Positions 17,849 through 25,490 of a stretch of DNA of 64,000 nucleotides are shown here, piece by piece. Location of the stretch: IMG/VR virus record IMGVR_UViG_3300045971_000577, positions 248,001 through 312,000 of that record; one strand, given 5' to 3'. Both the position numbers and the translations under genes were made by a program. The notes below the pieces were generated by a model. It was not told the origin of the DNA and did no database searches. It saw nothing but the letters and a program-made list of their open reading frames with translations. How positions within the stretch are numbered: position 1 is the stretch's first letter; each line of letters begins with the position of its first letter.

Positions 17849-18016
17849 TGGTACATGGTTGATCTTTCTTACGTGGGAGCGACAGTGCTCTTATCCACCT
17901 GAAGGGTCCAATGGATTCAGCAGGATGTCCCCCGCTGAAAGCATTTATCAACTAACCTCAAACAAGTTTGCTCCATCACACCCCTACCGGAATGTGCTCT
18001 TGGCTCGCATGTACCA
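17849..18016 (-). ncRNA. Candidate ~168-nt structured RNA
   Basis: 9-bp closing stem TGGTACATG/CATGTACCA; GTTGAT/ATCAAC; TTCAGC/GCTGAA. Confidence 0.5.
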
Positions 18017-18023
18017 ACACAAA

Positions 18024-18437
18024 TTATTTCGGCAAGCGTGCTGTTGGTAAACCTGTAAGGTCTACACCTAGTTCCTCTGCCAACTTGGAAAGCATCTTTT
18101 CCTTTGATGCCTTGTCCTTTAATTCCTTCTTGAACTTACGCGCAAGAGCTGCGTCTTCGCGCTCCTTCTTTTCCTTTGCTGCCTTGGCTTCTTCTGCCTT
18201 GGCGATAGCCTTATAGTCAGCAATGGTCTTCGCAATGTATGCAGGTGCGTCAACTGGACGTTCGATGATCTTGAATCCTACACGATAAGATGCTCGTTGA
18301 AGCAATAGGAACTCATCGTGTGTAACTTCATCCCAGTCAGTAATGCTGTTAGCAATCATAAGGGAGGTGTCATATCCGTCATAATCACTCACATTTATTT
18401 CACGTGTAGTGATAATAGCAATCTTGTGTGTTGTCAT
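18024..18437 (-). CDS. Hypothetical protein, Lys/Glu-rich coiled coil
   Basis: ORF track; GGAGA RBS. Confidence 0.75.
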   Translation of the reverse strand: MTTHKIAIITTREINVSDYDGYDTSLMIANSITDWDEVTHDEFLLLQRASYRVGFKIIERPVDAPAYIAKTIADYKAIAKAEEAKAAKEKKEREDAALARKFKKELKDKASKEKMLSKLAEELGVDLTGLPTARLPK

Positions 18438-18439
18438 AA

Positions 18440-18619
18440 TTATTCTCCTGCCAGCTCTTTCATTCTTTTTAGAATATCGTTCAACTTTGCACCATCCATT
18501 GCTCTGCAGGATGTAATGTTGGTTGGACGAAACGGTCTCCCCTCATCTGTTTCTTCAACGATGTCAAGGATACGAAAGAAATCTCTTACGAGCTGTTTTA
18601 GTTCTTCTTCGTTTGTCAT
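18440..18619 (-). CDS. Hypothetical protein (59 aa, MTNEEELKQLVRDFF...)
   Basis: Read manually. Confidence 0.65.
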   Translation of the reverse strand: MTNEEELKQLVRDFFRILDIVEETDEGRPFRPTNITSCRAMDGAKLNDILKRMKELAGE

Positions 18620-18622
18620 ATC

Positions 18623-18684
18623 AGTATGTGCTTTTTATTTTCAGAATGAATGAAATTTTTATTTAGGTTTGCTGAATACATACT
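18623..18684 (-). ncRNA. Anticodon-stem-loop-like element, copy 2 (CAT loop)
   Basis: AGTATGT/ACATACT stem, ATTCAGCAA motif, TTTCA-TTCATTC-TGAAA. Confidence 0.55.
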
Positions 18685-18693
18685 TTAGAAACT

Positions 18694-18767
18694 TGGTAGG
18701 GCTGCAGGGAATCAAACCCTGGTTGACCGGTTAAAAGCCGGATATTCTATCATTGAATTACAACCCC
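18694..18767 (-). tRNA. tRNA-Lys(TTT)
   Basis: Loop CTTTTAA; CCA. Confidence 0.9.
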
Positions 18768-18934
18768 ATTAATCTATTTGGTTCTTTCTTTAGCTTATCA
18801 ACAACTGCTTGTCGTTGACATGCTTTCGTCTTACAGTAATAATCCTTTGCAAGACCTTTGTAATCATTCGGCTGTAACGAAAACAAATACTTTCTGCATG
18901 CTTCACAGCTAATATCGATTGTCCTACTTGTCAT
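18758..18934 (-). CDS. Small Cys-rich hypothetical protein
   Basis: CEAC...CKTKAC. Confidence 0.55.
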   Translation of the reverse strand: MTSRTIDISCEACRKYLFSLQPNDYKGLAKDYYCKTKACQRQAVVDKLKKEPNRLMGL

Positions 18935-19257
18935 CAATGCTCCAATGTCCATTTAATCGCTGCCGAAGATGGAAATTGGTCACCCTTCTTAAACTTTTTA
19001 TCATTTAAGATAAATGGTTTGTTAACCATATCGCCATTCCACCAACCTCGCTCGATGATAATGTATCCTTCCTGCCCAAGTTGTTCTCTTAACTTTGCGA
19101 ATTCAGGATGATCTTCTGAATGTGTCGACGAATACATAGTATCTGAGTGTTTTAACGCGTCAACTAAGCCTTCTTCTGTATTTTCAAACTTTCGTTTCCA
19201 TTCGTTATGAACGGTTACAGAAGTGCAGTAAGCTATGTCAATAGTAAATGTTTTCAT
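18934..19257 (-). CDS. Hypothetical protein
   Basis: ORF track, trimmed to MKTFTIDI after tRNA-Ser. Confidence 0.7.
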   Translation of the reverse strand: MKTFTIDIAYCTSVTVHNEWKRKFENTEEGLVDALKHSDTMYSSTHSEDHPEFAKLREQLGQEGYIIIERGWWNGDMVNKPFILNDKKFKKGDQFPSSAAIKWTLEH

Positions 19258-19262
19258 ATTAT

Positions 19263-19353
19263 TGGCGGATGACCGGGGAGTCGAACCCCGAAGGCTGAGA
19301 TCATCAACCCGACAGATTAGCAATCTGCTCTGATACCATTACAGGAGTCATCC
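19263..19353 (-). tRNA. tRNA-Ser(GCT)
   Basis: Loop TTGCTAA; long variable arm; GCCA. Confidence 0.92.
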
Positions 19354-19360
19354 AAAAACG

Positions 19361-19411
19361 TAGTATACAACAAAAACGGCGCAGAGTCAAGTAGACCGTG
19401 CGCCGTTTTGA
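19361..19411 (-). terminator. Terminator after the cytochrome gene, overlapping a sigma70 promoter
   Basis: AAAACGGCGCA/TGCGCCGTTTT stem; TTGACT-N17-TATACT. Confidence 0.65.
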
Positions 19412-19426
19412 TAAAATTAGGTATTC

Positions 19427-20131
19427 TTACGCAAATACGGTCATCAAGGTTACCCCGGCCTTACGGATATATATCTGCGCATAGTTGATTAGCTTATCAA
19501 CTGCTGATGCACACTTGAAACTATTATCAATACTATGGCATGTTTCGCATGCATCCGATGTAGTTGGATGCGATGCGTAGCTTGATTTACCTTTTGCATA
19601 GTTACCATCGTGGCATGTTACGCAACCTGTGGTAACACCTGCGTGGATAGCTGAGTGGCTTACATCCCAATTGTTTGTATTGTGGCAAGCCAAGCAATCA
19701 GCAGTTGTAGGAATGTGTTCTGAAGGTTTCTTTCTTGCGCCCTGACCGTTATATGTTGCATTATGGCAAGCGTCACATCTCATTGAGGCAACTGAGGTAT
19801 GGCTCATATGCGGACTCACGAATGTTGTTGTGGTGTGGCACGAAGAACATTCAACAATAGTGGTCGGAATATGTCCAGTCGAAAAACCCATCGCCATGTA
19901 TGGTGTAGTACCTGTGTGGCAAATGGTGCATTGGCGCGGAGTACCAACGAATATACCAGCCTTGTGGCAAGATGCGCATGTGCTACATTTGCCTGTCGAT
20001 AGGTGTGCGCCGGTTAGAGGCCACATTGGGTGAGATTGTTCGTACATGGTGCATTCAGCAGCTGATGCCGATACCGGTGATAGTAGTGTTATAAAGGCTA
20101 CTACGATAGCAGCAAGAAAGCGTGAAATCAT
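19427..20131 (-). CDS. Exported multihaem c-type cytochrome (7 CxxCH)
   Basis: CASCH, CTICH, CSSCH, CDACH, CLACH, CVTCH, CETCH; HIPTT repeats; Sec-type signal ending SASA; GGAG RBS before ATG 20131. Confidence 0.9.
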   Translation of the reverse strand: MISRFLAAIVVAFITLLSPVSASAAECTMYEQSHPMWPLTGAHLSTGKCSTCASCHKAGIFVGTPRQCTICHTGTTPYMAMGFSTGHIPTTIVECSSCHTTTTFVSPHMSHTSVASMRCDACHNATYNGQGARKKPSEHIPTTADCLACHNTNNWDVSHSAIHAGVTTGCVTCHDGNYAKGKSSYASHPTTSDACETCHSIDNSFKCASAVDKLINYAQIYIRKAGVTLMTVFA

Positions 20132-20172
20132 GACTTCTCCAAAAATATAGAAGTATTTATCAAAGGATGCAC

Positions 20173-21825
20173 TCAAAATTCCTTTCTGGCACCAATAAAA
20201 TACGAAACTGATGTCTTCTTAGAATTGAGTAATGCCAATCTATCTATCGCATGCATATTTGAGATAGATGCCTGACCTTCGATTGATATATCATCGTTTA
20301 TTTTTTTGCTTGCCTTGACTGAGATAGTGGATGAACTTGAGGAAATATTTGCTGTTGAATGATGTTCGAATCTCAAAACACCCTCGGTTCGTATCTCACC
20401 AAACGTCTCGTTCAACACAAATGCACCGTACACGGACTTAGTGTTCGATGACGAAGAGATACTTGTCATAAAGATTCCAGTAGAATCTGCAGACATTATT
20501 TTCGACACAAATAAGTGAGCGTCGAGTGTTATTCTTGCATCACCGGGCTGATTATTTACAGAAGACATGCTAGAAAATTGAGTTCCTAAATATCCTATAA
20601 GATTAGGGGCCAGTGTTGTACTGCTACCAATAACAAATGTGGATACAATAGGAGTATGGTCCCTGACATAATTCACAATGTCGTTATCACTAAAACTTTG
20701 CCGTATTTCGCGAATATTCGAAAACTGTCTTAGCAGTTGAGTATCTAATCCCATGTTCAAAGCCTTATCGGCTGTCAATATCGGGGATCGTCTAATATCA
20801 GCTAGGGTATATATGGTCGTATTTCCTAACGGAAACGAATATTGCACCAAAATAAAATTCAGCCGGCTGTATATCGTGTCGAACTCAGATATCGATGTTA
20901 AAATTCTACCGGCCTTGAATGATCTATATTCAAACCCTATAGCATCTCGTTCTGTAAATCCATCTACAGTCTGTCTATTCACATACATGTCGATATAGCT
21001 ACTATCATCAATCTTTTTTTCAAGGGATGCACCAAAAAATCTCTTTCGCATGAAGGAACTTTCAGGTGTACCTGCAGACAGGGAACCGGTAAGATCTTCT
21101 TGTAATCTATACTTCACCAATACTCCGTCAAACTGACCGGTTGATGCATTTATAGATGATTGTCGTCCAATCTTTATGCTGTATCTGTCAAGCGTATCTT
21201 CGTATTCAGCTGAAAATATTCTGACATTATGCTGATTATTTGTTAAGTTATGAAAGTTTTCTCTATCTGTTGCCCTAAAAACTATTGTAAGTTGGCGATT
21301 GTCTTCGCGGAAGAATCCGCGTGCCCTAATATTTGTTGTCAGCCTAACAATAGAGTCTGATGAGGTTAGGTATGTAGAAACAGACCCATCTACTTTTCTT
21401 TCAGACCCAGTCTTTGATACGTTAGGCTTAGTCCTATCTACTGGCGGGGCGGCTGGCGCTGCTATTTCAAGCGCGATAAGTTTATACTTTATTCTCTGAG
21501 CTGCTTGTGAATTCGGATATAAAGATAGATAAAGTTGACTTTCGATCTTTGCTTTTTTGAATTGTTTTGTCAATTCGTATGCTTCGATAATCAATTCGTG
21601 CGCTTCTTGTTGAAACTCTGTAGGTACCAGCAGTATCTCGTTCAATATTTCTATTGCGGCTGCTGCGTTATTACCTGCCTTTACTAATGAGCGCGCCTCT
21701 TCCATCATAACCGACGGTGCCCGCGATGTTATTATCGTTTCTTCAGCATGTGACACCGATACTGTGTGTAAAAATACAACAATAGACAGAATGCGAAGTA
21801 CACATAGAAGATTATTAGATTTCAT
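20173..21825 (-). CDS. Outer-membrane beta-barrel (porin-like) protein with N-terminal TPR-like helices
   Basis: Signal peptide ending SHA; helical repeat region; alternating beta-strand pattern; C-terminal YFIGARKEF beta-signal. Confidence 0.7.
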   Translation of the reverse strand: MKSNNLLCVLRILSIVVFLHTVSVSHAEETIITSRAPSVMMEEARSLVKAGNNAAAAIEILNEILLVPTEFQQEAHELIIEAYELTKQFKKAKIESQLYLSLYPNSQAAQRIKYKLIALEIAAPAAPPVDRTKPNVSKTGSERKVDGSVSTYLTSSDSIVRLTTNIRARGFFREDNRQLTIVFRATDRENFHNLTNNQHNVRIFSAEYEDTLDRYSIKIGRQSSINASTGQFDGVLVKYRLQEDLTGSLSAGTPESSFMRKRFFGASLEKKIDDSSYIDMYVNRQTVDGFTERDAIGFEYRSFKAGRILTSISEFDTIYSRLNFILVQYSFPLGNTTIYTLADIRRSPILTADKALNMGLDTQLLRQFSNIREIRQSFSDNDIVNYVRDHTPIVSTFVIGSSTTLAPNLIGYLGTQFSSMSSVNNQPGDARITLDAHLFVSKIMSADSTGIFMTSISSSSNTKSVYGAFVLNETFGEIRTEGVLRFEHHSTANISSSSSTISVKASKKINDDISIEGQASISNMHAIDRLALLNSKKTSVSYFIGARKEF

Positions 21826-21839
21826 TTTATACAAATGAA

Positions 21840-21847
21840 TATTTATC
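21840..21847 (-). promoter_or_regulatory. T4-type late promoter motif in front of the porin-cytochrome pair
   Basis: GATAAATA ~15 nt before the ATG; the same motif precedes structural genes. Confidence 0.55.
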
Positions 21848-21852
21848 AGGCT

Positions 21853-21947
21853 GTCGAGCCAGGAATCGAACCTGGGATACCACTCTCTACGGAATCGAAC
21901 CGTCTCTTCGGGGTGCGCGCATTTCCCGGGGAACCAACCCTCACGAC
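21853..21947 (-). ncRNA. tRNA-like RNA with two T-loop hairpins
   Basis: ACGG-TTCGATT-CCGT and CCAGG-TTCGATT-CCTGG inside a GTCG/CGAC closing stem. Confidence 0.45.
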
Positions 21948-21952
21948 AATAT

Positions 21953-22029
21953 TGGCAAGGCAGGTGGGACTCGAACCCACGCAGTCATGGCTCAGAACCA
22001 CGCCACTCTTCCCCTTAAGCTACTGCCCA
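21953..22029 (-). tRNA. tRNA-Gln(CTG)
   Basis: Loop TTCTGAG; GCCA. Confidence 0.88.
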
Positions 22030-22036
22030 ACTGATT

Positions 22037-22111
22037 TGGCGTCCCTATGGGGAATCGAACCCCACTTACCGACGTGAAAGGCCGGCGTCCTAACCGATAG
22101 ACGATAGAGAC
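22037..22111 (-). tRNA. tRNA-Glu(TTC)
   Basis: Loop CTTTCAC. Confidence 0.93.
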
Positions 22112-22119
22112 ATTGTATT

Positions 22120-22196
22120 TGGCAAGCCGAGTCGGACTCGAACCGACGTATTCCTCGTTCAAAGCGAGGTCACTCTTCCCCTTAAGCTACCGGCCA
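22120..22196 (-). tRNA. tRNA-Gln(TTG)
   Basis: Loop CTTTGAA. Confidence 0.88.
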
Positions 22197-22248
22197 ATTG
22201 TTTCAAGTAGGAAGTTTTTTCATGCTTACCTACAAGCGCATGTTCTTC

Positions 22249-22324
22249 TGGAACCCGCATCGGGAGTTGAACCCGAGTTTACATCTTGAGAGGATGTCGT
22301 CCTATACCGTTAGACGATGCGGAT
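22249..22324 (-). tRNA. tRNA-Glu(CTC)
   Basis: Loop CTCTCAA. Confidence 0.88.
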
Positions 22325-22329
22325 ATAAA

Positions 22330-22407
22330 TGGTGCACCTGGCAGGACTCGAACCTGCAACGCACAACTTTTCAGGCTGCCGCTCTACGCGATTGGAGCTA
22401 CAAGTGC
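22330..22407 (-). tRNA. tRNA-Phe(GAA)
   Basis: Loop CTGAAAA. Confidence 0.9.
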
Positions 22408-22411
22408 ATAA

Positions 22412-22483
22412 TGGACCCACCGGAAGGATTCGAACCTTCGTAACTAACGTTCGTAGCGTCAGCACCTGTCCTCAGGCGGTGAG
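22412..22483 (-). tRNA. tRNA-Arg(ACG) with a minimal D-arm
   Basis: Loop CTACGAA; D-arm CCTG-AGGA-CAGG. Confidence 0.7.
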
Positions 22484-22484
22484 A

Positions 22485-22649
22485 TTAGAAGTATCTACCT
22501 TGAGTCTTACGACGCCAGAACTCTCGTTCTATGCGTTCTATTTCTTCCGGGGTAGACGGATTTCTCGATTTGATATATTGTTCAAGTTCTTGAGTGACAT
22601 GCGCCCCAGAGAAGAAATCCTTGAACCAAGCTATGACAGCAACTATCAT
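22485..22649 (-). CDS. Small protein, DUF3563-like (tentative), paralogue 1
   Basis: ELEQYIKSRNPSTPEEIERIEREF; read manually. Confidence 0.6.
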   Translation of the reverse strand: MIVAVIAWFKDFFSGAHVTQELEQYIKSRNPSTPEEIERIEREFWRRKTQGRYF

Positions 22650-22822
22650 TCGTGAAAATATGTAAAGATGTTATTTCTACGTCGTTCGTAAAACTGATGC
22701 TCTAGCCGATCGACATCTTCTGCCGATTGCGGGTTAGCCGAGGCGATGAAAACTTCGAGATTATCAAAATTCTGTCGGGACTTGAAAATGTCCTGAATGT
22801 ATTGAAATAATGTGCTTAACAT
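22646..22822 (-). CDS. Small protein, DUF3563-like (tentative), paralogue 2
   Basis: NLEVFIASANPQSAEDVDRLEHQF; ATGA coupled. Confidence 0.6.
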   Translation of the reverse strand: MLSTLFQYIQDIFKSRQNFDNLEVFIASANPQSAEDVDRLEHQFYERRRNNIFTYFHE

Positions 22823-22923
22823 AATGTTTCCTTAGTGTTTGTACTTATGTATTTATGACAATGCGTGCTGCATTGCAACAAAACATAGTGTAATCGCTAA
22901 GAACCTGCATGTCAATAAACCGA

Positions 22924-22997
22924 TGGTGGTCAGTACAAGAATCGAACTTGTGAAGATAGCTTATGAAACTACCGGTATACCACTTACCTAACTGACC
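22924..22997 (-). tRNA. tRNA-Met or Ile2 (CAT)
   Basis: Loop TTCATAA. Confidence 0.85.
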
Positions 22998-23003
22998 AAA
23001 TGG

Positions 23004-23079
23004 TGGTGCCAAGGACCGGATTCGAACCAGTGACGCGCAACTTTTCAGGCTGCCGCTCTACCAACTGAGCTACCGAGGC
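23004..23079 (-). tRNA. tRNA-Phe(GAA), two acceptor mismatches
   Basis: Loop CTGAAAA. Confidence 0.8.
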
Positions 23080-23087
23080 ATAAAATA

Positions 23088-23161
23088 TGGTGCGGGCTAG
23101 GGGAATCGAACCCCTGCGGTAAAGTTGGCAACCTTACATTCTACCATTAAATTAAGCACGC
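23088..23161 (-). tRNA. tRNA-Gly(GCC)
   Basis: Loop TTGCCAA. Confidence 0.88.
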
Positions 23162-23260
23162 ATTGTAACATTGAGATAGTTGAAGTAGTGTATGTGGAGT
23201 CGAACCAACCTTTAGTTCCCGGGTACACGATGCCCGCTTCAATCAGGCCTATCTCAAATA

Positions 23261-23352
23261 TGGCGGAAGTGGGCGGATTCGAACCCCCTAACCCTTGTTC
23301 AGGATCAAACAGTTTTCAAGACTGGGCTGCTCTCCAAGACAGTAGCACTTCC
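23261..23352 (-). tRNA. tRNA-Ser(TGA)
   Basis: Loop CTTGAAA; long variable arm; GCCA. Confidence 0.85.
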
Positions 23353-23970
23353 ATATAACTTTATAAAATCTTTCCCATATTTATCTATAACATATCTAAA
23401 TATAGGTTGCATATCTTTTTCATATAAAACTGTTACAGATGGATTGGCAGCTAGTTTAGCCTCCCACTGTTCAGATTTATATCCTTTTATTTCAATAAAA
23501 TTTCCATTAACTATAAAATCAGGAATGTAATTTCTATTCCTGTCATTCCATACATATGGCAATTTTGTGTTATTCTTCTGTATATTCGTTCCGTGATCTA
23601 AAGAATATATTACATAAGCCAATTCCCAACTACTGTCACAGAATATGCCTTTATACCAACCTTTCTTACCTCTACCCGATCCGTGTCTGTAACCACCAGT
23701 AGTTAATTTAGCCTTCTTACTGATTCTTTCTTTTCTTAGTTCTTCTAATTCGGGGGTAGATGCCCTGCCAGAGGTTGATCCTTTTATGCCTTTGTTCCAC
23801 GCTGTCTGCAACCCAGTCTTACCTGCATTCCAGGGAATAAATCCTTCATAAAAGCCGGATTTCCAATCTTTTATCTTGATTTTATGATTAGGATTTTCCT
23901 TGCAGTAAAGCTGATGTATTGAACATCCATTTACATTGGCTAAAATCCTCGAACAATAAATGCATTGCAT
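23305..23970 (-). CDS. PD-(D/E)xK (TnsA-like) homing endonuclease
   Basis: CDSSWELAY...YIPDFIV...IEIKGY; C-terminus encoded inside tRNA-Ser. Confidence 0.8.
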   Translation of the reverse strand: MQCIYCSRILANVNGCSIHQLYCKENPNHKIKIKDWKSGFYEGFIPWNAGKTGLQTAWNKGIKGSTSGRASTPELEELRKERISKKAKLTTGGYRHGSGRGKKGWYKGIFCDSSWELAYVIYSLDHGTNIQKNNTKLPYVWNDRNRNYIPDFIVNGNFIEIKGYKSEQWEAKLAANPSVTVLYEKDMQPIFRYVIDKYGKDFIKLYGSATVLESSPVLKTV

Positions 23971-23984
23971 CTATTATTTATCAG

Positions 23985-24024
23985 TCAAGACTGCTGCCGC
24001 TATGCCGATTCGGCTAACGTGTCC
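23985..24024 (-). pseudogene. Orphan 5' half of a tRNA-Ser(TGA)-like gene, cut at the anticodon
   Basis: GGACACGTTAGCCGAATCGGCATAGCGGCAGCAGTCTTGA followed by GATAAATA and the nuclease gene. Confidence 0.6.
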
Positions 24025-24094
24025 AAATAGTTCTCCATGCCCGAAAGCTAACAGTATGCCAAGGAGGTGGCGCAATTCTAATGTATTTATCTTC

Positions 24095-24172
24095 TGGTAC
24101 CCGGATAGAGAATCGAACTCTACATTTTTCCACTTGTAAGGAGGATGGCTTCACCAGCTGCACTCTCCGGGC
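24095..24172 (-). tRNA. tRNA-Val(TAC)
   Basis: Loop CTTACAA. Confidence 0.82.
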
Positions 24173-24413
24173 AAATCTTTCTCAACATAATGCGCCTAGG
24201 GCCGAGTAGGACACGGATCCCATGTTTGATTGTTGTATTCTAGCTTTTGCCAGGTTATTGTACTAGAACATCACGACGCTACATTAGGTAGGGGATTAGC
24301 CCTTTCTGCAACCTTGCACCTAACTCCGCTGCTCGATACCACATCTTGGTTTACATGAATAGAAACAGTTGCGTTATATATTCACAACACCAAGTCGTCC
24401 GGACAACAAATTT

Positions 24414-24489
24414 TGGTACCCCATATGGGATTCGAACCCATACACTCAGTGTTTGAGACTGATACGACTGCCAATTACGTCAACGGGGC
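24414..24489 (-). tRNA. tRNA-Leu(CAA), short variable loop
   Basis: Loop CTCAAAC. Confidence 0.88.
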
Positions 24490-24494
24490 AAATA

Positions 24495-24642
24495 AGCACA
24501 CTCTACGATTAGCTCCTATCCAGGCCTTCCCAGTTCAGCCAGGGCGTCAAGGGTCTCGTCCCCTACGGGATTAGATAGTCGGATATGGTTCCCCGACCAA
24601 GACGGACTGCTAATGCCTCCACACGGTTTGATATATTGTGCT
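24495..24642 (-). ncRNA. Candidate ~150-nt structured RNA
   Basis: AGCACA/TGTGCT, ATTAGC/GCTAAT, GTCGG/CCGAC, TCCC-GTAG-GGGA. Confidence 0.45.
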
Positions 24643-24673
24643 CCCCACAATCCGGCGTAGAGTGAATCAAAAA

Positions 24674-24749
24674 TGGAGTCCAGGTAGGGAATCAAACCCT
24701 AGTGCTTTAGTTTTGCAGACTAAGACAATTATCATTCTGTCACCTGGAC
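24674..24749 (-). tRNA. tRNA-Cys(GCA)
   Basis: Loop CTGCAAA; U73. Confidence 0.9.
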
Positions 24750-24755
24750 ATTATT

Positions 24756-24856
24756 TGGTCGGTGTAGTTGAACTCGCATCAACAAGCCGGGTCATGTCTT
24801 TTGTACATTATGCACAAGACCCGCTGAGGCTTCCTCAGTACCTAGGATATACACCA
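24756..24856 (-). ncRNA. Atypical tRNA-like RNA with CCA and an elongated central arm
   Basis: TGGTGTA/TACACCG-ACCA; GGGTC/GACCC; GTTGA/TCAAC arm. Confidence 0.55.
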
Positions 24857-24865
24857 GTATGAAAA

Positions 24866-24940
24866 TGGGCAGACGGTTAGGAGTTGAACCTAATATATCT
24901 CTTTCACAGAGAGATGTGTTGCCGTTACACTACACGCTGC
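24866..24940 (-). tRNA. tRNA-His(GTG), irregular acceptor stem
   Basis: Loop CTGTGAA; C73 and G-1. Confidence 0.75.
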
Positions 24941-25059
24941 ATTGAATAAATCGGGATGTTTGGCTAGGACCGGGAATCGAACCCTATTGCCGTGCCCCCA
25001 TCGGGCCAGTCCGCAGAGTTTTGGTTGCGAATTTAGATTGCTGAAGCCATCCTTTGAAA

Positions 25060-25215
25060 CTATCTAACGATAACCCACTTTGTGTCAAATGGTTTATCCT
25101 TTTCTTTTCTTTTGAAAATCTTCTTCATCTGTTTACGAAAAAGATCTTTCTCTCGTCCTACATCATGCTCGATGCAGGCTTTGTACATTTCACTAATGAG
25201 TTTACGTTCTTTCAT
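25060..25215 (-). CDS. Small basic hypothetical protein (MKERKLISEMY...)
   Basis: GGAGG RBS; ORF track trimmed. Confidence 0.55.
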   Translation of the reverse strand: MKERKLISEMYKACIEHDVGREKDLFRKQMKKIFKRKEKDKPFDTKWVIVR

Positions 25216-25244
25216 AATACCTCCAGGAGATATTTTATTTATGA

Positions 25245-25320
25245 TGGTACCCCAGATGGGATTCGAACCCACACACCTACGGTCTAAACGTAGTACGACT
25301 GCCAATTACGTCACCGGGGC
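25245..25320 (-). tRNA. tRNA-Leu(TAG), short variable loop
   Basis: Loop TTTAGAC. Confidence 0.88.
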
Positions 25321-25413
25321 AAAGAAAAATTCGGAATAGAAACAGTGTATTCCCCCTTGGAAATCTGTATATTCCTGTTGGTCTGTTGTGTGGCCACACA
25401 ACATTCCACGTTT

Positions 25414-25490
25414 TGGTGACCCTGCACGGGATTGAACCGCGTCTATTCTGGTTTTGGAGACCAGCGCACCACCATTTATGCGTCAGAGCC
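25414..25490 (-). tRNA. tRNA-Trp(CCA) with A8/C9
   Basis: Loop CTCCAAA; CCA. Confidence 0.88.
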
